From IMG/VR virus record IMGVR_UViG_3300025875_000028, positions 1 to 56,959 of that record: a stretch of 56,959 bases of DNA. One strand, given 5' to 3'. Below, one piece after another: positions 36,913-46,603 of the stretch; within the stretch, counting starts at the first letter, position 1; each line of letters opens with the position of its first letter. Origin of the DNA: a virus. Its lineage: Duplodnaviria > Caudoviricetes. Position numbers and translations under genes: made by a program. The notes under the pieces are model-generated. The model ran no database searches. It had not been told where the DNA came from and was given only the letters and a program-made list of their open reading frames with translations.

Positions 36913-37346
36913 CAGACCCGAGGGGGCTGACAGTCCGCTGCGACGTCGGCCTGCGAGCGCTCCTTCTTGACCCACGGCAGCCGGACGCAGCTGGCGCCGC
37001 GACGGATGCACGCCTCGGCGTACCCCTCCTCGATCACGCCGGCGGCGGCCAGCGCCAGGAGCAGGGCCTCGTACTTCGGCCAGGGCAGCTCGTGGTCGAG
37101 GTAGAGGTGGTAGTGCCCCGGCGTCGAGGAGGGGATGAGCTCGGCCTCCATGTCGATGTCGAGCACCACCCGGTGCCGCGGCGCGTCATCGGGCCCGAGC
37201 CAGGCTCTCGGCTCAGCCACCCTCGAGGTGACCGCCTGGGCCTTCTCGATGTCGGTGGTCTCGATCTCCTCGGCGTCGGTGTACGTCCCGAACTCGGCAA
37301 CCTGCAGGTAGGTGAGCCCGTTCCACGGACCGTCGTGCTGGGTCAC
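36912..37346 (-). CDS. Hypothetical protein
   Basis: VLDID...PSSTPGHYHLY motif. Confidence 0.7.
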   Translation of the reverse strand: MTQHDGPWNGLTYLQVAEFGTYTDAEEIETTDIEKAQAVTSRVAEPRAWLGPDDAPRHRVVLDIDMEAELIPSSTPGHYHLYLDHELPWPKYEALLLALAAAGVIEEGYAEACIRRGASCVRLPWVKKERSQADVAADCQPPRV

Positions 37347-38353
37347 TCTCGTCCCATCCCTTCGAGCACCTCGGTCAGCTCGTCCCAGTTGTTCGACGCC
37401 AGCTCCAACAGGTCGCGGTCGCGGGTCTCGACCACCTGCCTGTCGTAGTAGGCGTCGGGGTCGATCAGCGCGTCGATCTCGGCGTTGATGAGACCGGCCA
37501 GCACCGTCGGGTCCAGCGCGTCCAGCTCCCACGACTCGTCGCCGTACTGTTCGACATAGTCGGCCGACCGGCTGTCGGTCAGCTTCGCCGGGTTCGGCGG
37601 CGGGTTGTACTGCTCGATCTGGTCGGCATTGAGGGCGATGCGCCGGACTTCCAGTGCGCGCCGCCCTTCGCACCGCTCATCCATCGACGCCCGCAGCGCC
37701 CGCAAGCTGACCGAGTCGCTGCCGAACTCCTCGACGTTGGCGTTGAGCCAGTCCTGGTCGGTGAAGAGCTCCAACCGCGTGCGGATGTCCCGGGTCATGT
37801 CGATGCCGGAGGGGTCGTGGTCGCCGAGGTGCAGGACGACGACGTTCTGCCCCTTGGCGATGTACCGCATGTGCCGCTGCGCCGCGGTGTAGAGCTCGGA
37901 CTGCGAGACGTACCCGCGGCAGGAGAAGTAGGCCACGTCGCGGGCGTGCGCCGCCGAGCCGATGACGCCGGCCAGCGCCTCCTTCTCCACCCAGACCTCG
38001 ACCCGCGTGGGCTGGTCCGACCACTTGTCGATCGCGTAGCCCTGATGGGCGGCGTCGATGACGTCGGCCGGGCTGCGCCAGTGCGAGACGGGCTTGAGCT
38101 CGCGAGTCCGGTCGACGATGTAGTTCCAGTCGAGCAGGCCGGCCAGTCGGGCGCGGTTGACGATGTCGCCCAGCCGCTTGTAGCTGCGCTGGTTGTTGGG
38201 GATGTACCCCCGCGCGACGAACTGGTAGTAGAGCTGCCGGAGCGTGAGGTCGAAGCCCTGCGCCCGGTACTCCCGGCAGATCGTGTTGGCCATGACGACC
38301 ATGTCCTGAGCCTCGCCGCGGGGGTTCCACGGCTCGTAGGCGACCCGGGCCAT
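37343..38353 (-). CDS. TOPRIM protein (Topo VI-A/Spo11/JetD-like)
   Basis: TLRQLYY winged-helix Tyr motif, WVEKEAL, GDHDPSG DxD motif. Confidence 0.8.
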   Translation of the reverse strand: MARVAYEPWNPRGEAQDMVVMANTICREYRAQGFDLTLRQLYYQFVARGYIPNNQRSYKRLGDIVNRARLAGLLDWNYIVDRTRELKPVSHWRSPADVIDAAHQGYAIDKWSDQPTRVEVWVEKEALAGVIGSAAHARDVAYFSCRGYVSQSELYTAAQRHMRYIAKGQNVVVLHLGDHDPSGIDMTRDIRTRLELFTDQDWLNANVEEFGSDSVSLRALRASMDERCEGRRALEVRRIALNADQIEQYNPPPNPAKLTDSRSADYVEQYGDESWELDALDPTVLAGLINAEIDALIDPDAYYDRQVVETRDRDLLELASNNWDELTEVLEGMGRE

Positions 38354-39072
38354 CAGTTGACCGTCCAGCCGTAGAAGAGGACCGGGATACCGCAGGTCAG
38401 CGCCGTGTTGAGCTCGGCACGGGCGCCGACGGACTGCTCCCAGCCGGGCATCATCAAGATGGCGTCGGCGTTCTGCAGCATCGCGATCAGGTCCGAGCGC
38501 ATGTAGCAGGCGTGCGCGTGCGCCGCGTCCTCCCCGGCGCTCGGACCGGCCGGGCAGGGCCGCCCCTCATGCTGGTCGACCTCGATCGTCCGTGGCAGCA
38601 GGGCGTCGTAGCCGAGCCACTCGGCCCACGCCTTGCCGCGGCGCTCGTCGCTGGCGATCTCGTCCTCGGTCTTGCCCTTGATCCCGTGCGAGACGTAGAG
38701 GACCGCGCGGCGGGTGGCCGGCGTCTCGCCGGAGCGGTCGTGCTCGATGGCCTTGCCCGGCTCGGCGGTCCGCCAGTCCGGCCAGGTGCGGCTCTCGTTC
38801 ACCGCGAGCTTCGCGTGCAGCCCGTCGATGATCTGCCGCGGCGTCAGCCCGGAACGCCATGCGCCGTCGAGCGCCAGCATGATGACGTCGATCCACTCCT
38901 GCGGGTCCTCGTCCGGCTGACCCTCGCGCACCTCGGTGTCCAACTCCTTGCGGATGTGGTCGCTGACGCCACCCATCCGGCTGCCGGGCCCGAAGGCGCC
39001 GGCCGAGAAGCGGGCCTGCCGCTCGAGGTAGTTCTCGTCGATGCACAGCTCGATGTCGTTGCTCTCGGTCAT
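38353..39072 (-). CDS. dATP/dGTP pyrophosphohydrolase (DUF550-like) fused to a DUF4406-like domain
   Basis: FGPG...HIRKE...EWIDV...KLAVNESRTWP, then YMRSDLIAML...MPGWEQSVGARAE. Confidence 0.75.
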   Translation of the reverse strand: MTESNDIELCIDENYLERQARFSAGAFGPGSRMGGVSDHIRKELDTEVREGQPDEDPQEWIDVIMLALDGAWRSGLTPRQIIDGLHAKLAVNESRTWPDWRTAEPGKAIEHDRSGETPATRRAVLYVSHGIKGKTEDEIASDERRGKAWAEWLGYDALLPRTIEVDQHEGRPCPAGPSAGEDAAHAHACYMRSDLIAMLQNADAILMMPGWEQSVGARAELNTALTCGIPVLFYGWTVN

Positions 39073-40262
39073 GCGACCTCTCCGTCCTCGATGACCACGC
39101 CGATGCCGTCGGCGGTGCCGACGCGCTCGACCCAGCACTGGAAGTCCCGCTCGGCCGCCATCTGGGCGATGAGCGCCATGCTCTCGCTGTCCATCAGCGA
39201 CCCGTCGGTGATGCGGATGACCCGGATGTCCGGGGACGCGGCCATCGCGATGCCGGTGGAGATGCGCAGCCGCTCGGCACCGGACGCCTGGGAGATCGGC
39301 ACGCCGTTGTAGGTGACGCCGTGCTCGTCGTCCAGACCGAGGCCGGCCACCGGCATCGCCGCGGCGGCGAGCTTGGAGGCCTTCCAGCCGTCGAGCGCGT
39401 CCAGCCGTCCGGTCTGCTCGTCGTAGCTGGCGGCCAGCCGGGCGGCCTCGGCTTCGGCGTGCTCCCGCTGCTGGCGCAGGCGGACCCGGGCGTTGATCTC
39501 GTCGACCTCGACGAGCTGCTGACGGAGGTGCTCAAGGTCTGGTCGCCGGAGGGCCTGCAGCTCCGCGCCCCGGGTGTTGATGGTGACGAGCTCGGCCTGC
39601 AGACGGGCGATCTCGGCGGTGACCTCCTGGTGGCGGGCGGCCAGCGCCGCGAAGTCCCGCTCGATCTGGTCGCCCGCTTGGATCGTGCCGGCCAGCTCGG
39701 CGGCCGAGACCTCGTGCTCGGGGGTGTCGGCCGGCGGTTCGGGAATGCTGCCCAGCAGGCCCTTCGCCTTGTCCCGCTCCCGGCCGATGTCGGTCCGGGT
39801 GTCGTAGATGGCCTTACGCTTCCGCGCCAGCTCGGCCGGGTCGAAGCCGAGGTCGACGACCTGCAGCAGCATCTCGACCTGCCTCTTGGCGTCCGCGTTC
39901 GCGAAGGCCAGCGGGTCCAGCGAGAGCTTCCCGACCAGCCCGTCGAGCATCTTCTGGGGCGAGCTGTAGCTGGCCCCGCCGTCCCGGCTGGTGATCGTCA
40001 GCTTGCCCGCACCGGAGCCGGAGGTGGTCCGCGTGATGACGAACTCCTCGAACGTCAGCCGCACGGTGGCCGTGGCCTCCCCGTGGCGCACCGGTTCCTC
40101 GACCGCGGCGCCGCGCTGCTGCAGCACCCACCAGATCGCGTCCAGCACGCTGCTCTTGCCCTGAGCGTTGCGGCCGGCCACCACCTGCAGCGTGCCGTCG
40201 GCCTCGATGGTGACGGCCTTGAGCCGCTTGAAGTTCTCCGCGTGCAGCTCGATGATCTTCAC
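39069..40262 (-). CDS. SMC/SbcC/RecN-like ATPase
   Basis: ENFKRLK, GRNAQGKSS Walker A, coiled coil, ASGAE signature. Confidence 0.85.
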   Translation of the reverse strand: MKIIELHAENFKRLKAVTIEADGTLQVVAGRNAQGKSSVLDAIWWVLQQRGAAVEEPVRHGEATATVRLTFEEFVITRTTSGSGAGKLTITSRDGGASYSSPQKMLDGLVGKLSLDPLAFANADAKRQVEMLLQVVDLGFDPAELARKRKAIYDTRTDIGRERDKAKGLLGSIPEPPADTPEHEVSAAELAGTIQAGDQIERDFAALAARHQEVTAEIARLQAELVTINTRGAELQALRRPDLEHLRQQLVEVDEINARVRLRQQREHAEAEAARLAASYDEQTGRLDALDGWKASKLAAAAMPVAGLGLDDEHGVTYNGVPISQASGAERLRISTGIAMAASPDIRVIRITDGSLMDSESMALIAQMAAERDFQCWVERVGTADGIGVVIEDGEVA

Positions 40263-40819
40263 AGTGCGTCCTCTCCGAAGCGGTTGATGAAGTCGACGAG
40301 GGGCACCTGCACCCAGCCGTGCTCGGCGAGGTTCTGGGCCCACTTCTCCTTCGCGATGTCCTTGCTGGCCCAGGTGACCCAGACCCCGTCCTGCTCGTGC
40401 TGGATGCCGCAGGAGTAGAGGCCCAGGCCGGCGAAACTCCGGCCGTGCATCCCGAACCGGACTTCCAGCTCGTGCCGCTGGTCAGGCCGGTCGTACTTCC
40501 GCATCTCGGCCAGGGTCTTCTTGTTGCTGCCCCGCGGTCGCACGAGGTGCGGGTCCTTGACCGGCCGGAACCACCCGTCGGGCAGCTTGTCGTCCATGTC
40601 GCGCGGCCACGAGAGGCCGGCCATCCGTCCGTCGTTGACCCACGCGCTGCGGATGTGCTTGTCGTAGACCTCGGGGTCCGGCACGCCGGCGGCGTCGTAG
40701 ATCCCCTTCATCCACTCGAGGCGGGCGGCCAGGATCGTGCGCTCGCGCTCGTGGACGTCTTCGGACCAGGCCATGATCTCCGGCGTGCTGTTGCAGTAGA
40801 TGAGCCGGGCGCTGGGCAT
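40259..40819 (-). CDS. Hypothetical protein
   Basis: AGGAGA RBS; coupled ORF. Confidence 0.7.
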   Translation of the reverse strand: MPSARLIYCNSTPEIMAWSEDVHERERTILAARLEWMKGIYDAAGVPDPEVYDKHIRSAWVNDGRMAGLSWPRDMDDKLPDGWFRPVKDPHLVRPRGSNKKTLAEMRKYDRPDQRHELEVRFGMHGRSFAGLGLYSCGIQHEQDGVWVTWASKDIAKEKWAQNLAEHGWVQVPLVDFINRFGEDAL

Positions 40820-41292
40820 CAGCTGTTCTCCTGGGAGGGCTCGGTCGGCGGGGCGGTCAGCTCTTCGTCGCTGGGCAGCGGGCTCGTCTTCGGGGTGTTC
40901 TCCTCGATCCAGCGCCCGACGTCGCCGGCACAGGTCGGCTGCGAGACGGCCTGGTAGCCGGGGTCGCGGCCGGTGAACAGCGCGCCGAGGTCGAAGGGCG
41001 GGCGCTGCAGCAGGTAGATGGCGTAGTTGTCCGGGCCCTGGCCACCGGCGATGACGTGCACGCCGAACACCGGCGCGGTCTCGCCCTTCTCGCGGACGAC
41101 CTTCATCGAGGGGTTCTCGGCCTCGAACAAGAACTCCCACTCGACGTCAGGGAACCACTCCCCCAGCGGGCTCTTCTTCGCGATCTCGACGGCCTTCTCG
41201 GCGTCGAGGCGGGCCAGCTCGGCAGCCTCCCGGGCGCGCTCCTCCCGCTCGGCGTCGGCCGCGGCCAGCGCGATCTCACGCAGCCGGCTCAC
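40819..41292 (-). CDS. Hypothetical protein
   Basis: Coupled ORF. Confidence 0.7.
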   Translation of the reverse strand: MSRLREIALAAADAEREERAREAAELARLDAEKAVEIAKKSPLGEWFPDVEWEFLFEAENPSMKVVREKGETAPVFGVHVIAGGQGPDNYAIYLLQRPPFDLGALFTGRDPGYQAVSQPTCAGDVGRWIEENTPKTSPLPSDEELTAPPTEPSQENS

Positions 41293-41735
41293 AGCGAGGA
41301 CGCCGCGGTGTAGATGGCCTCGACGGCGTCCTGCTCGGACAACTCGGGCATCTGGGCCTGCAGCTTCTTGACCTTGGCCGCGAGCGCCTTCTGGGCGTTC
41401 TCGACGAGGGCCGGGCTGGCGCCGGTGGTGCCGGAGGCGACGCGGATCTGGGCCTGCAGCGTCTCCAACGCCTCGCGCTGCTGCCGGATGCTCTTCTGCC
41501 GGCGGGCGTTGCTCTTGCGCTGACGGCTCGACCGGGCGGCCTGCTGGCGCCGGTCGTAGTCGCGCTCGTTGGCGCCCGGCAGCAGCCTGCTCTTCGAGCC
41601 CCTCGCCGCGGCGGCCCGGCCGAACTGGCTGGCGATGCGGGCGTTGTCGGTGGCGGCCTCGGCGAAGCGCACCGTCGGGACGTCGCCGGGCCCGATGGGC
41701 GTGACGGCGTCGGGCTTGAACTGGAAGGTGTCCAT
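41289..41735 (-). CDS. Hypothetical basic protein
   Basis: AAGGAG RBS. Confidence 0.7.
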   Translation of the reverse strand: MDTFQFKPDAVTPIGPGDVPTVRFAEAATDNARIASQFGRAAAARGSKSRLLPGANERDYDRRQQAARSSRQRKSNARRQKSIRQQREALETLQAQIRVASGTTGASPALVENAQKALAAKVKKLQAQMPELSEQDAVEAIYTAASSL

Positions 41736-41757
41736 GCTGATCTCCTTGGTCGGTGGG

Positions 41758-41949
41758 TCAGATGCGGTTGCGGACGCGGGTGGAGAGCTCGACGTAGGGC
41801 TCCCCGTGGGCAGGTTCGTGCACGCGGACGGCGATGACGTCGAGCTCGATCAGCTCGCTGTCGCTGTAGGCCACGACCGGCAGTCCGGCGGCCGGGCCGC
41901 GGGCGAGGCGCTGCAGCTGCTCGATGAGGTCGGTCAGCGTCAGGATCAT
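41758..41949 (-). CDS. Hypothetical protein
   Basis: ATGA coupling; LTLTDLIEQLQ motif. Confidence 0.6.
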   Translation of the reverse strand: MILTLTDLIEQLQRLARGPAAGLPVVAYSDSELIELDVIAVRVHEPAHGEPYVELSTRVRNRI

Positions 41950-42296
41950 GGCCGCGGCTTCTTGTCGACCTCGGCGAGCATCTTGCTGACCGCGTCGTAG
42001 AGCTCTTCCTCGCTGTCGTCTTCGAAGAGGAGGACGTCGTTCCGGTCCGTCGCGGCGTTCTTGTGCCACTCGACGGCCTTGCCGATGACGTCGGCGTCCA
42101 CCGGCGTGCGCAGCAGCCCGGCCGCGGCGATCGACTCGATGGTCGCCTCGACGATGAAGCGAGTGTTGCTGCGGGACTGCTCGGTGCGCATCAGCTTGTC
42201 GATGGCCACCGGGGTGATCTGGGCGGCCAGCTCCTCGCGCACGGCCGGCCAGACCTCGCCCTGGGCGTGGCGGATGCTCTCTCGGTAGGTAGTCAG
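41946..42296 (-). CDS. Hypothetical protein (start uncertain, possibly CTG)
   Basis: Open frame fills the gap; AGGAGG precedes a CTG that overlaps the upstream stop. Confidence 0.5.
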   Translation of the reverse strand: MTTYRESIRHAQGEVWPAVREELAAQITPVAIDKLMRTEQSRSNTRFIVEATIESIAAAGLLRTPVDADVIGKAVEWHKNAATDRNDVLLFEDDSEEELYDAVSKMLAEVDKKPRP

Positions 42297-42865
42297 CGGG
42301 GACCTCCTGGGACCTCGTTGGTGTGGTGGTGGGGCTTGCTCATCGGCATGTCGCCGATCGAGGCGTGCATCTCCTCGTGCGCGGTGGCCAGCTCGGCGAT
42401 CGTCTTGATGTCTTTCGTCCACGTGTCCGAGTGGAACCAGTCGAGGTGGTCGCGGATCTTCTCCATCGCCCGCTTGTTGCCGGTCGTCGGCATCAGCGGG
42501 ACGGCCCAGCGGTCGGCGACGAGCAGCTGCCGGGCGACGCGGAAGTCGTCCTTGATGACCGTGGCGCCCAGGGTCTTCTTCACCAGCAGGACGGCCTCGT
42601 CCATCGGCCGGACGACCACGCTGACCGGGTGGTCGAGTGGCTTCGGCGGGATGGAGACCTCGTCGCCGTTGATGTCGAGCAGGCGCACCCACCCGTTGCA
42701 GCGGCCGACGACGCACCAGCACTTCTTCGCCTGGTCGACGATGTAGACGCCCCAGGAGAGCTCGCCCCAGGTGAGCGTCTCGACCCGCATCGCGCGGTCG
42801 CTGTTGAGCCCCTGCATCTCAGCGAAACCCTCGCTGACCTGCGCGTTCGGGGTGTGCAGTGACAT
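42293..42865 (-). CDS. Hypothetical protein
   Basis: GAGGAG RBS; first gene after the divergent promoter. Confidence 0.75.
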   Translation of the reverse strand: MSLHTPNAQVSEGFAEMQGLNSDRAMRVETLTWGELSWGVYIVDQAKKCWCVVGRCNGWVRLLDINGDEVSIPPKPLDHPVSVVVRPMDEAVLLVKKTLGATVIKDDFRVARQLLVADRWAVPLMPTTGNKRAMEKIRDHLDWFHSDTWTKDIKTIAELATAHEEMHASIGDMPMSKPHHHTNEVPGGPR

Positions 42866-42906
42866 GGAATCTCCTCTCAGTCGGCGATGACGCCGTCGTG
42901 GGAGGA

Positions 42907-42942
42907 ACCATAGTTGACAACTTCTTGCTCGTCAACCAGGCT
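42907..42942. promoter_or_regulatory. Overlapping divergent promoters within a GTTGAC-N12-GTCAAC palindrome
   Basis: Plus: TTGACA-17-CAGGCT; minus: TTGACG-17-TATGGT. Confidence 0.75.
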
Positions 42943-42975
42943 CAAGGCCAGATCGCAGACCCCCAGGAGGAGCCG

Positions 42976-43179
42976 ATGGCACTCGAGGCCAAGTACACCG
43001 AGATCATGCAGTGGGTGGACACGCCCGAGATGAAGAGTCGGATCGACCGTCTCCACACCGTGCGCAAGGTCAGCCGCGCGCAGGTCGTCCGAGAGCTGGT
43101 GGCCGGCGGCATCGACGAAGCAGAGCGCGCCGCCGGCATCGCCGCGGACCGACCGGACGAGGTCGCGACCGCACAGTAG
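42976..43179 (+). CDS. Ribbon-helix-helix-like DNA-binding protein
   Basis: 67 aa; TPEMKSRIDRL...VSRAQVVRELV pattern; AGGAGG RBS. Confidence 0.65.
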   Translation: MALEAKYTEIMQWVDTPEMKSRIDRLHTVRKVSRAQVVRELVAGGIDEAERAAGIAADRPDEVATAQ

Positions 43180-43300
43180 AGTCGGCGTTCCGTCGCCGAC
43201 AGCAACAGACCCCCGCCGCTGGGCAAGCGACGGGGGCCTGGGTGATGCAAGCCCCACCGACCAAGGAGAGCTTGACGATGAGCGTAACAGGACTCGCCCG

Positions 43301-45817
43301 GTGAGCGATCCGCAGAACCCCGCGGCAGAGGAGATCCTCGCCGCGGCGCACGCAGCCCAGAAGCGCGGCTGGCGGGTCATCCCGATCATCCCGAAGGACA
43401 AGCGGCCGGCCGACGCCGGCTGGCAGAACACCCCGCCGATGAGCCCCGCGGACATCCAGGCGACCTGGGAAGACGGCCGGTACAACCTCGGCGTCGCGAC
43501 CGGCGCCCCGTCCGGCTTCTGGGTGCTCGACGTCGACCCGGACTCTGGCGGCATGGAGTCGGCCAAGGCGCTGCAGGCCGAGCACGGACCGCTGCCGGCC
43601 ACCGTTGTCGTCCAGACCGGCGGCGGCGGCTGGCACTTCTACTTCGCCATGCCGGACTTCGACGTGCGCAACCGCCAGAGCAGCGTGCTCGGCCGCGGCA
43701 TCGACGTGCGCGGCACCGGCGGCCAGGTCGTCCTCCCGCCCTCGGTCAGCGACAAGGGCCTCTACCGCTGGGGCACTGACCCCGACGAGGTGACCATCCC
43801 CCGGGCGCCGGCGTGGCTCGAGGAGCTCATCCGGCCGACCGAGGCCAAGGGCGCGGTCTACGCCAACGACGTCCCCGACCGCTCCGGCATGACCGAGCGC
43901 GAGCGGGCCCGGCTGGACAAGTACGCGGCCAACATCATCAATCGCGAGCTGAGCCGGCTCAAGGAGTGCTCGGACGGGGCCACCGCCAACGGCCAGGGCT
44001 ACAAGGGCCCGCCGTGGCAGATCACCACCTTCGAGGTCTCCTGCACGCTGCTGCAGCTGGCGAACTCCCCGTGGTGCGAACTCACCCCCCAGGCTGCGCA
44101 CAGCTACGTCCTCGCCAACGCACCCCGCGACCGCGGCTTCACCGACGCCGACGTGACCAAGGCCTTCGACTCAGCGGTGAGCACCGTCGGGGAGAAGGCG
44201 CGAGCCCTCCCGGTCGACCGCACCGCCGCGCCAGCGCCGTCCCCGGTCAGCGGGAAGGTCGACCCCTTCGAGGACCCCTCCGGCGGCGCCTGGGCCGCGG
44301 CCAGCCCGGTCACGCCCGTGGTCAATCCGCTCACCCACGTCGCGCCGCGGCAGTGGCCGGTGCGCAGCTGGGACGACCTCGGCAACGCCCAGCGGGTCGT
44401 CGACCACTACGGAGACCGGCTGCGCTGGATCGAGCAGGCGAAGCGCTGGGCGATCTACGACGACGGCCGGTGGAACATGGACGAGGCCCAGCTCGGCCGG
44501 GCCATGATCCACGACATGATCGACTCGCTGCCGCGCACCGAGGCGATGGAGTACCCCGAGGACAACACCGCCGACGAGGACGGGCCACTGCGGCACGACT
44601 TCCTCAAGTGGGTCAAGTCTCAGCGGATGAGCGCCCGCATCTCGGCCACCATCACCGAGGCCGCCGGCCGCCGCGAGCTGCAGGCCATCATCACCAGCTT
44701 CGACACCCAGCCGATGCTCCTCAACGTCGCCAACGGCGTCGTCGACCTGACCACCGGCGCGCTGCACCCGCACGACCCGGCCCTCCTGCTGATGCAGCAG
44801 TCACCGGTGCACTACGACCCCTACGCCACAGCGCCCCGCTGGGAGCAGTTCCTCACCGAGATGCAGCCCAACCCGGACATGCGGGCCTATCTGCAGCGGG
44901 TGGTCGGCTACTCCATCACGGGCAAGACCGGCGAGCAGGCCCTCTTCATCCATCACGGACGCGGGGCCAACGGGAAATCGGTGCTGCTGCAGGTCGCGAG
45001 CGCGATGATGGGCTCCTACGGCCAGGTCATCCCGCGCGAGACGCTGCTGGTGAAGTCCGGCGGCGGCAGCGAGCACCCCACCTCGGTCGCCCGGATGGTC
45101 GGCAAGCGGTTCCTGCAGGCCTCGGAGACCGCGGCCGGGCGCCGGCTCGACGAGGAGACCGTCAAGGGCCTCACCGGCGGGGAGCAGCAGACCGCACGGT
45201 TCATGGGTCGCGACTTCTTCGACTTCACCCCGACCGGCAAGATCCACTTCATCACCAACCACCTGCCCCGGCTGACCGACGCGGAGTCGATCTGGCGGCG
45301 GCTGCACTTCATCTCCTGGCCGGTCATCATCGACCCGCTGCGCAAGGACAAGGAGCTGGCCAACCGGATCATCGCCAGCGAGCTGCCCGGCGTGCTGGCC
45401 TGGGCCGTGCGCGGCGCGATGGAGTGGGTCCGCATGGAGGGTCTGCACATGCCGGCCTCGGCCCAGCTGCACCTCGCCGACTACCGCGAGGACCAGGACG
45501 TCTTCGGCGACTTCCTGCAGGAGTGCATCACCCGAGAGCCCGGCGCGTTCGCCGCGACGTCGGACCTCTACGCGATGTACCAGGCGTGGTGCAACCGGGC
45601 CGGCATCCGCAACCCGATGATGCGCAACGACTTCAAGACCGCCTTCGCCGACCGCGGCTTCGAGGCCTACCGGAAGACCACGGCGCGCGGCTTCCTCCAC
45701 TGTAAGATCAACGACTACGGGCGGCCGACCGGCAAGGGATTCGAGGTGGTCGACGACACCGCGGTCAAGGTCGTCAGCAACGCCCCCTTCGACCCCTTCG
45801 AGCAGGCCGCCGGGTAA
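43301..45817 (+). CDS. Primase-polymerase / SF3 (P4/D5-type) helicase fusion
   Basis: VLDVD and TGGGGWHFYF prim-pol motifs; GRGANGKS Walker A; D5-like C-terminus. Confidence 0.93.
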   Translation: MSDPQNPAAEEILAAAHAAQKRGWRVIPIIPKDKRPADAGWQNTPPMSPADIQATWEDGRYNLGVATGAPSGFWVLDVDPDSGGMESAKALQAEHGPLPATVVVQTGGGGWHFYFAMPDFDVRNRQSSVLGRGIDVRGTGGQVVLPPSVSDKGLYRWGTDPDEVTIPRAPAWLEELIRPTEAKGAVYANDVPDRSGMTERERARLDKYAANIINRELSRLKECSDGATANGQGYKGPPWQITTFEVSCTLLQLANSPWCELTPQAAHSYVLANAPRDRGFTDADVTKAFDSAVSTVGEKARALPVDRTAAPAPSPVSGKVDPFEDPSGGAWAAASPVTPVVNPLTHVAPRQWPVRSWDDLGNAQRVVDHYGDRLRWIEQAKRWAIYDDGRWNMDEAQLGRAMIHDMIDSLPRTEAMEYPEDNTADEDGPLRHDFLKWVKSQRMSARISATITEAAGRRELQAIITSFDTQPMLLNVANGVVDLTTGALHPHDPALLLMQQSPVHYDPYATAPRWEQFLTEMQPNPDMRAYLQRVVGYSITGKTGEQALFIHHGRGANGKSVLLQVASAMMGSYGQVIPRETLLVKSGGGSEHPTSVARMVGKRFLQASETAAGRRLDEETVKGLTGGEQQTARFMGRDFFDFTPTGKIHFITNHLPRLTDAESIWRRLHFISWPVIIDPLRKDKELANRIIASELPGVLAWAVRGAMEWVRMEGLHMPASAQLHLADYREDQDVFGDFLQECITREPGAFAATSDLYAMYQAWCNRAGIRNPMMRNDFKTAFADRGFEAYRKTTARGFLHCKINDYGRPTGKGFEVVDDTAVKVVSNAPFDPFEQAAG

Positions 45818-45859
45818 CCTCGGGGGAACGTGCGTGGCGGTGGGAAGCGACACGCGCCA

Positions 45860-45898
45860 GAAGGGCCCGGCCGGTGTGGAAACCGACCGGGCCCTTCG
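45860..45898. terminator. Hairpin between convergent units
   Basis: GAAGGGCCCGG...CCGGGCCCTTC. Confidence 0.6.
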
Positions 45899-46072
45899 CC
45901 TTGCTACGGTCGCAGGCACCGCGGCCGACACCGACCGAGCCGGTACCCCCGCCGACGACGGCAACGAAGAGCCCCCCACCTCCGTCGAGGTGAGGGGCTC
46001 TTCTACGTGCTGTAGAACGAGTGGCTCACTGCCACTTCCAGGTGCGACCCCACTTCCAGCCGCGCATCGAGC

Positions 46073-46603
46073 TCACCTCGCCTTCTTCGGAGCCGCCTTC
46101 TTGATCGGCCGCCCGGCGGTGGACCCGTCGTTGACGACCGGAGACGGAGGGGTCTCGTAGGCCACCTTGACCCCCTCGCCATCGTCCAGGCCGCGGCGCA
46201 TCGTGTCGAGGTTGGTCTGGACCCTCTCAGCCGCGGCGTCGGCCTCCTCCTGGGGCATCCCGACCTCCTTCGCGCGAGCGTTCCAGCGGGCCTGACGCTC
46301 CTCCTCCGTCTCCGGCCGGTTCCCCCGGGGCATCCGACCCAGGCCGAGCATCTGCAAGGCCGCAGCGGTCATCTCGCCGGGCTGGGGAACCACCCCGGCC
46401 GCCTGGCCGTCGGCGATGAGGCGCTGGGTGTTGGCCGCGACCTCCTCGAAGCGGGCCTGGCGCTGCTCGTCGGTCTCGTTCGGGTCCGGGGCGCCGGTCA
46501 TCACCTTCATCGGCATGTGGGCCATGACCAGCAGCTCGAGGAGCTCGTTGGTCCTCCGCGCCTCGGCGAGCATCGCCTTCTCGAACGGGGTCTCGTAGCT
46601 CAT
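46073..46603 (-). CDS. Hypothetical protein with duplicated ETxEERQAR motif
   Basis: GAGAGG RBS; NETDEQRQARF and PETEEERQARW. Confidence 0.65.
   Translation of the reverse strand: MSYETPFEKAMLAEARRTNELLELLVMAHMPMKVMTGAPDPNETDEQRQARFEEVAANTQRLIADGQAAGVVPQPGEMTAAALQMLGLGRMPRGNRPETEEERQARWNARAKEVGMPQEEADAAAERVQTNLDTMRRGLDDGEGVKVAYETPPSPVVNDGSTAGRPIKKAAPKKAR

Noticed and set aside
38353-39072. 2-aminoadenine (Z) genome pathway
   Set aside because: No PurZ, DatZ or dedicated polymerase recognised
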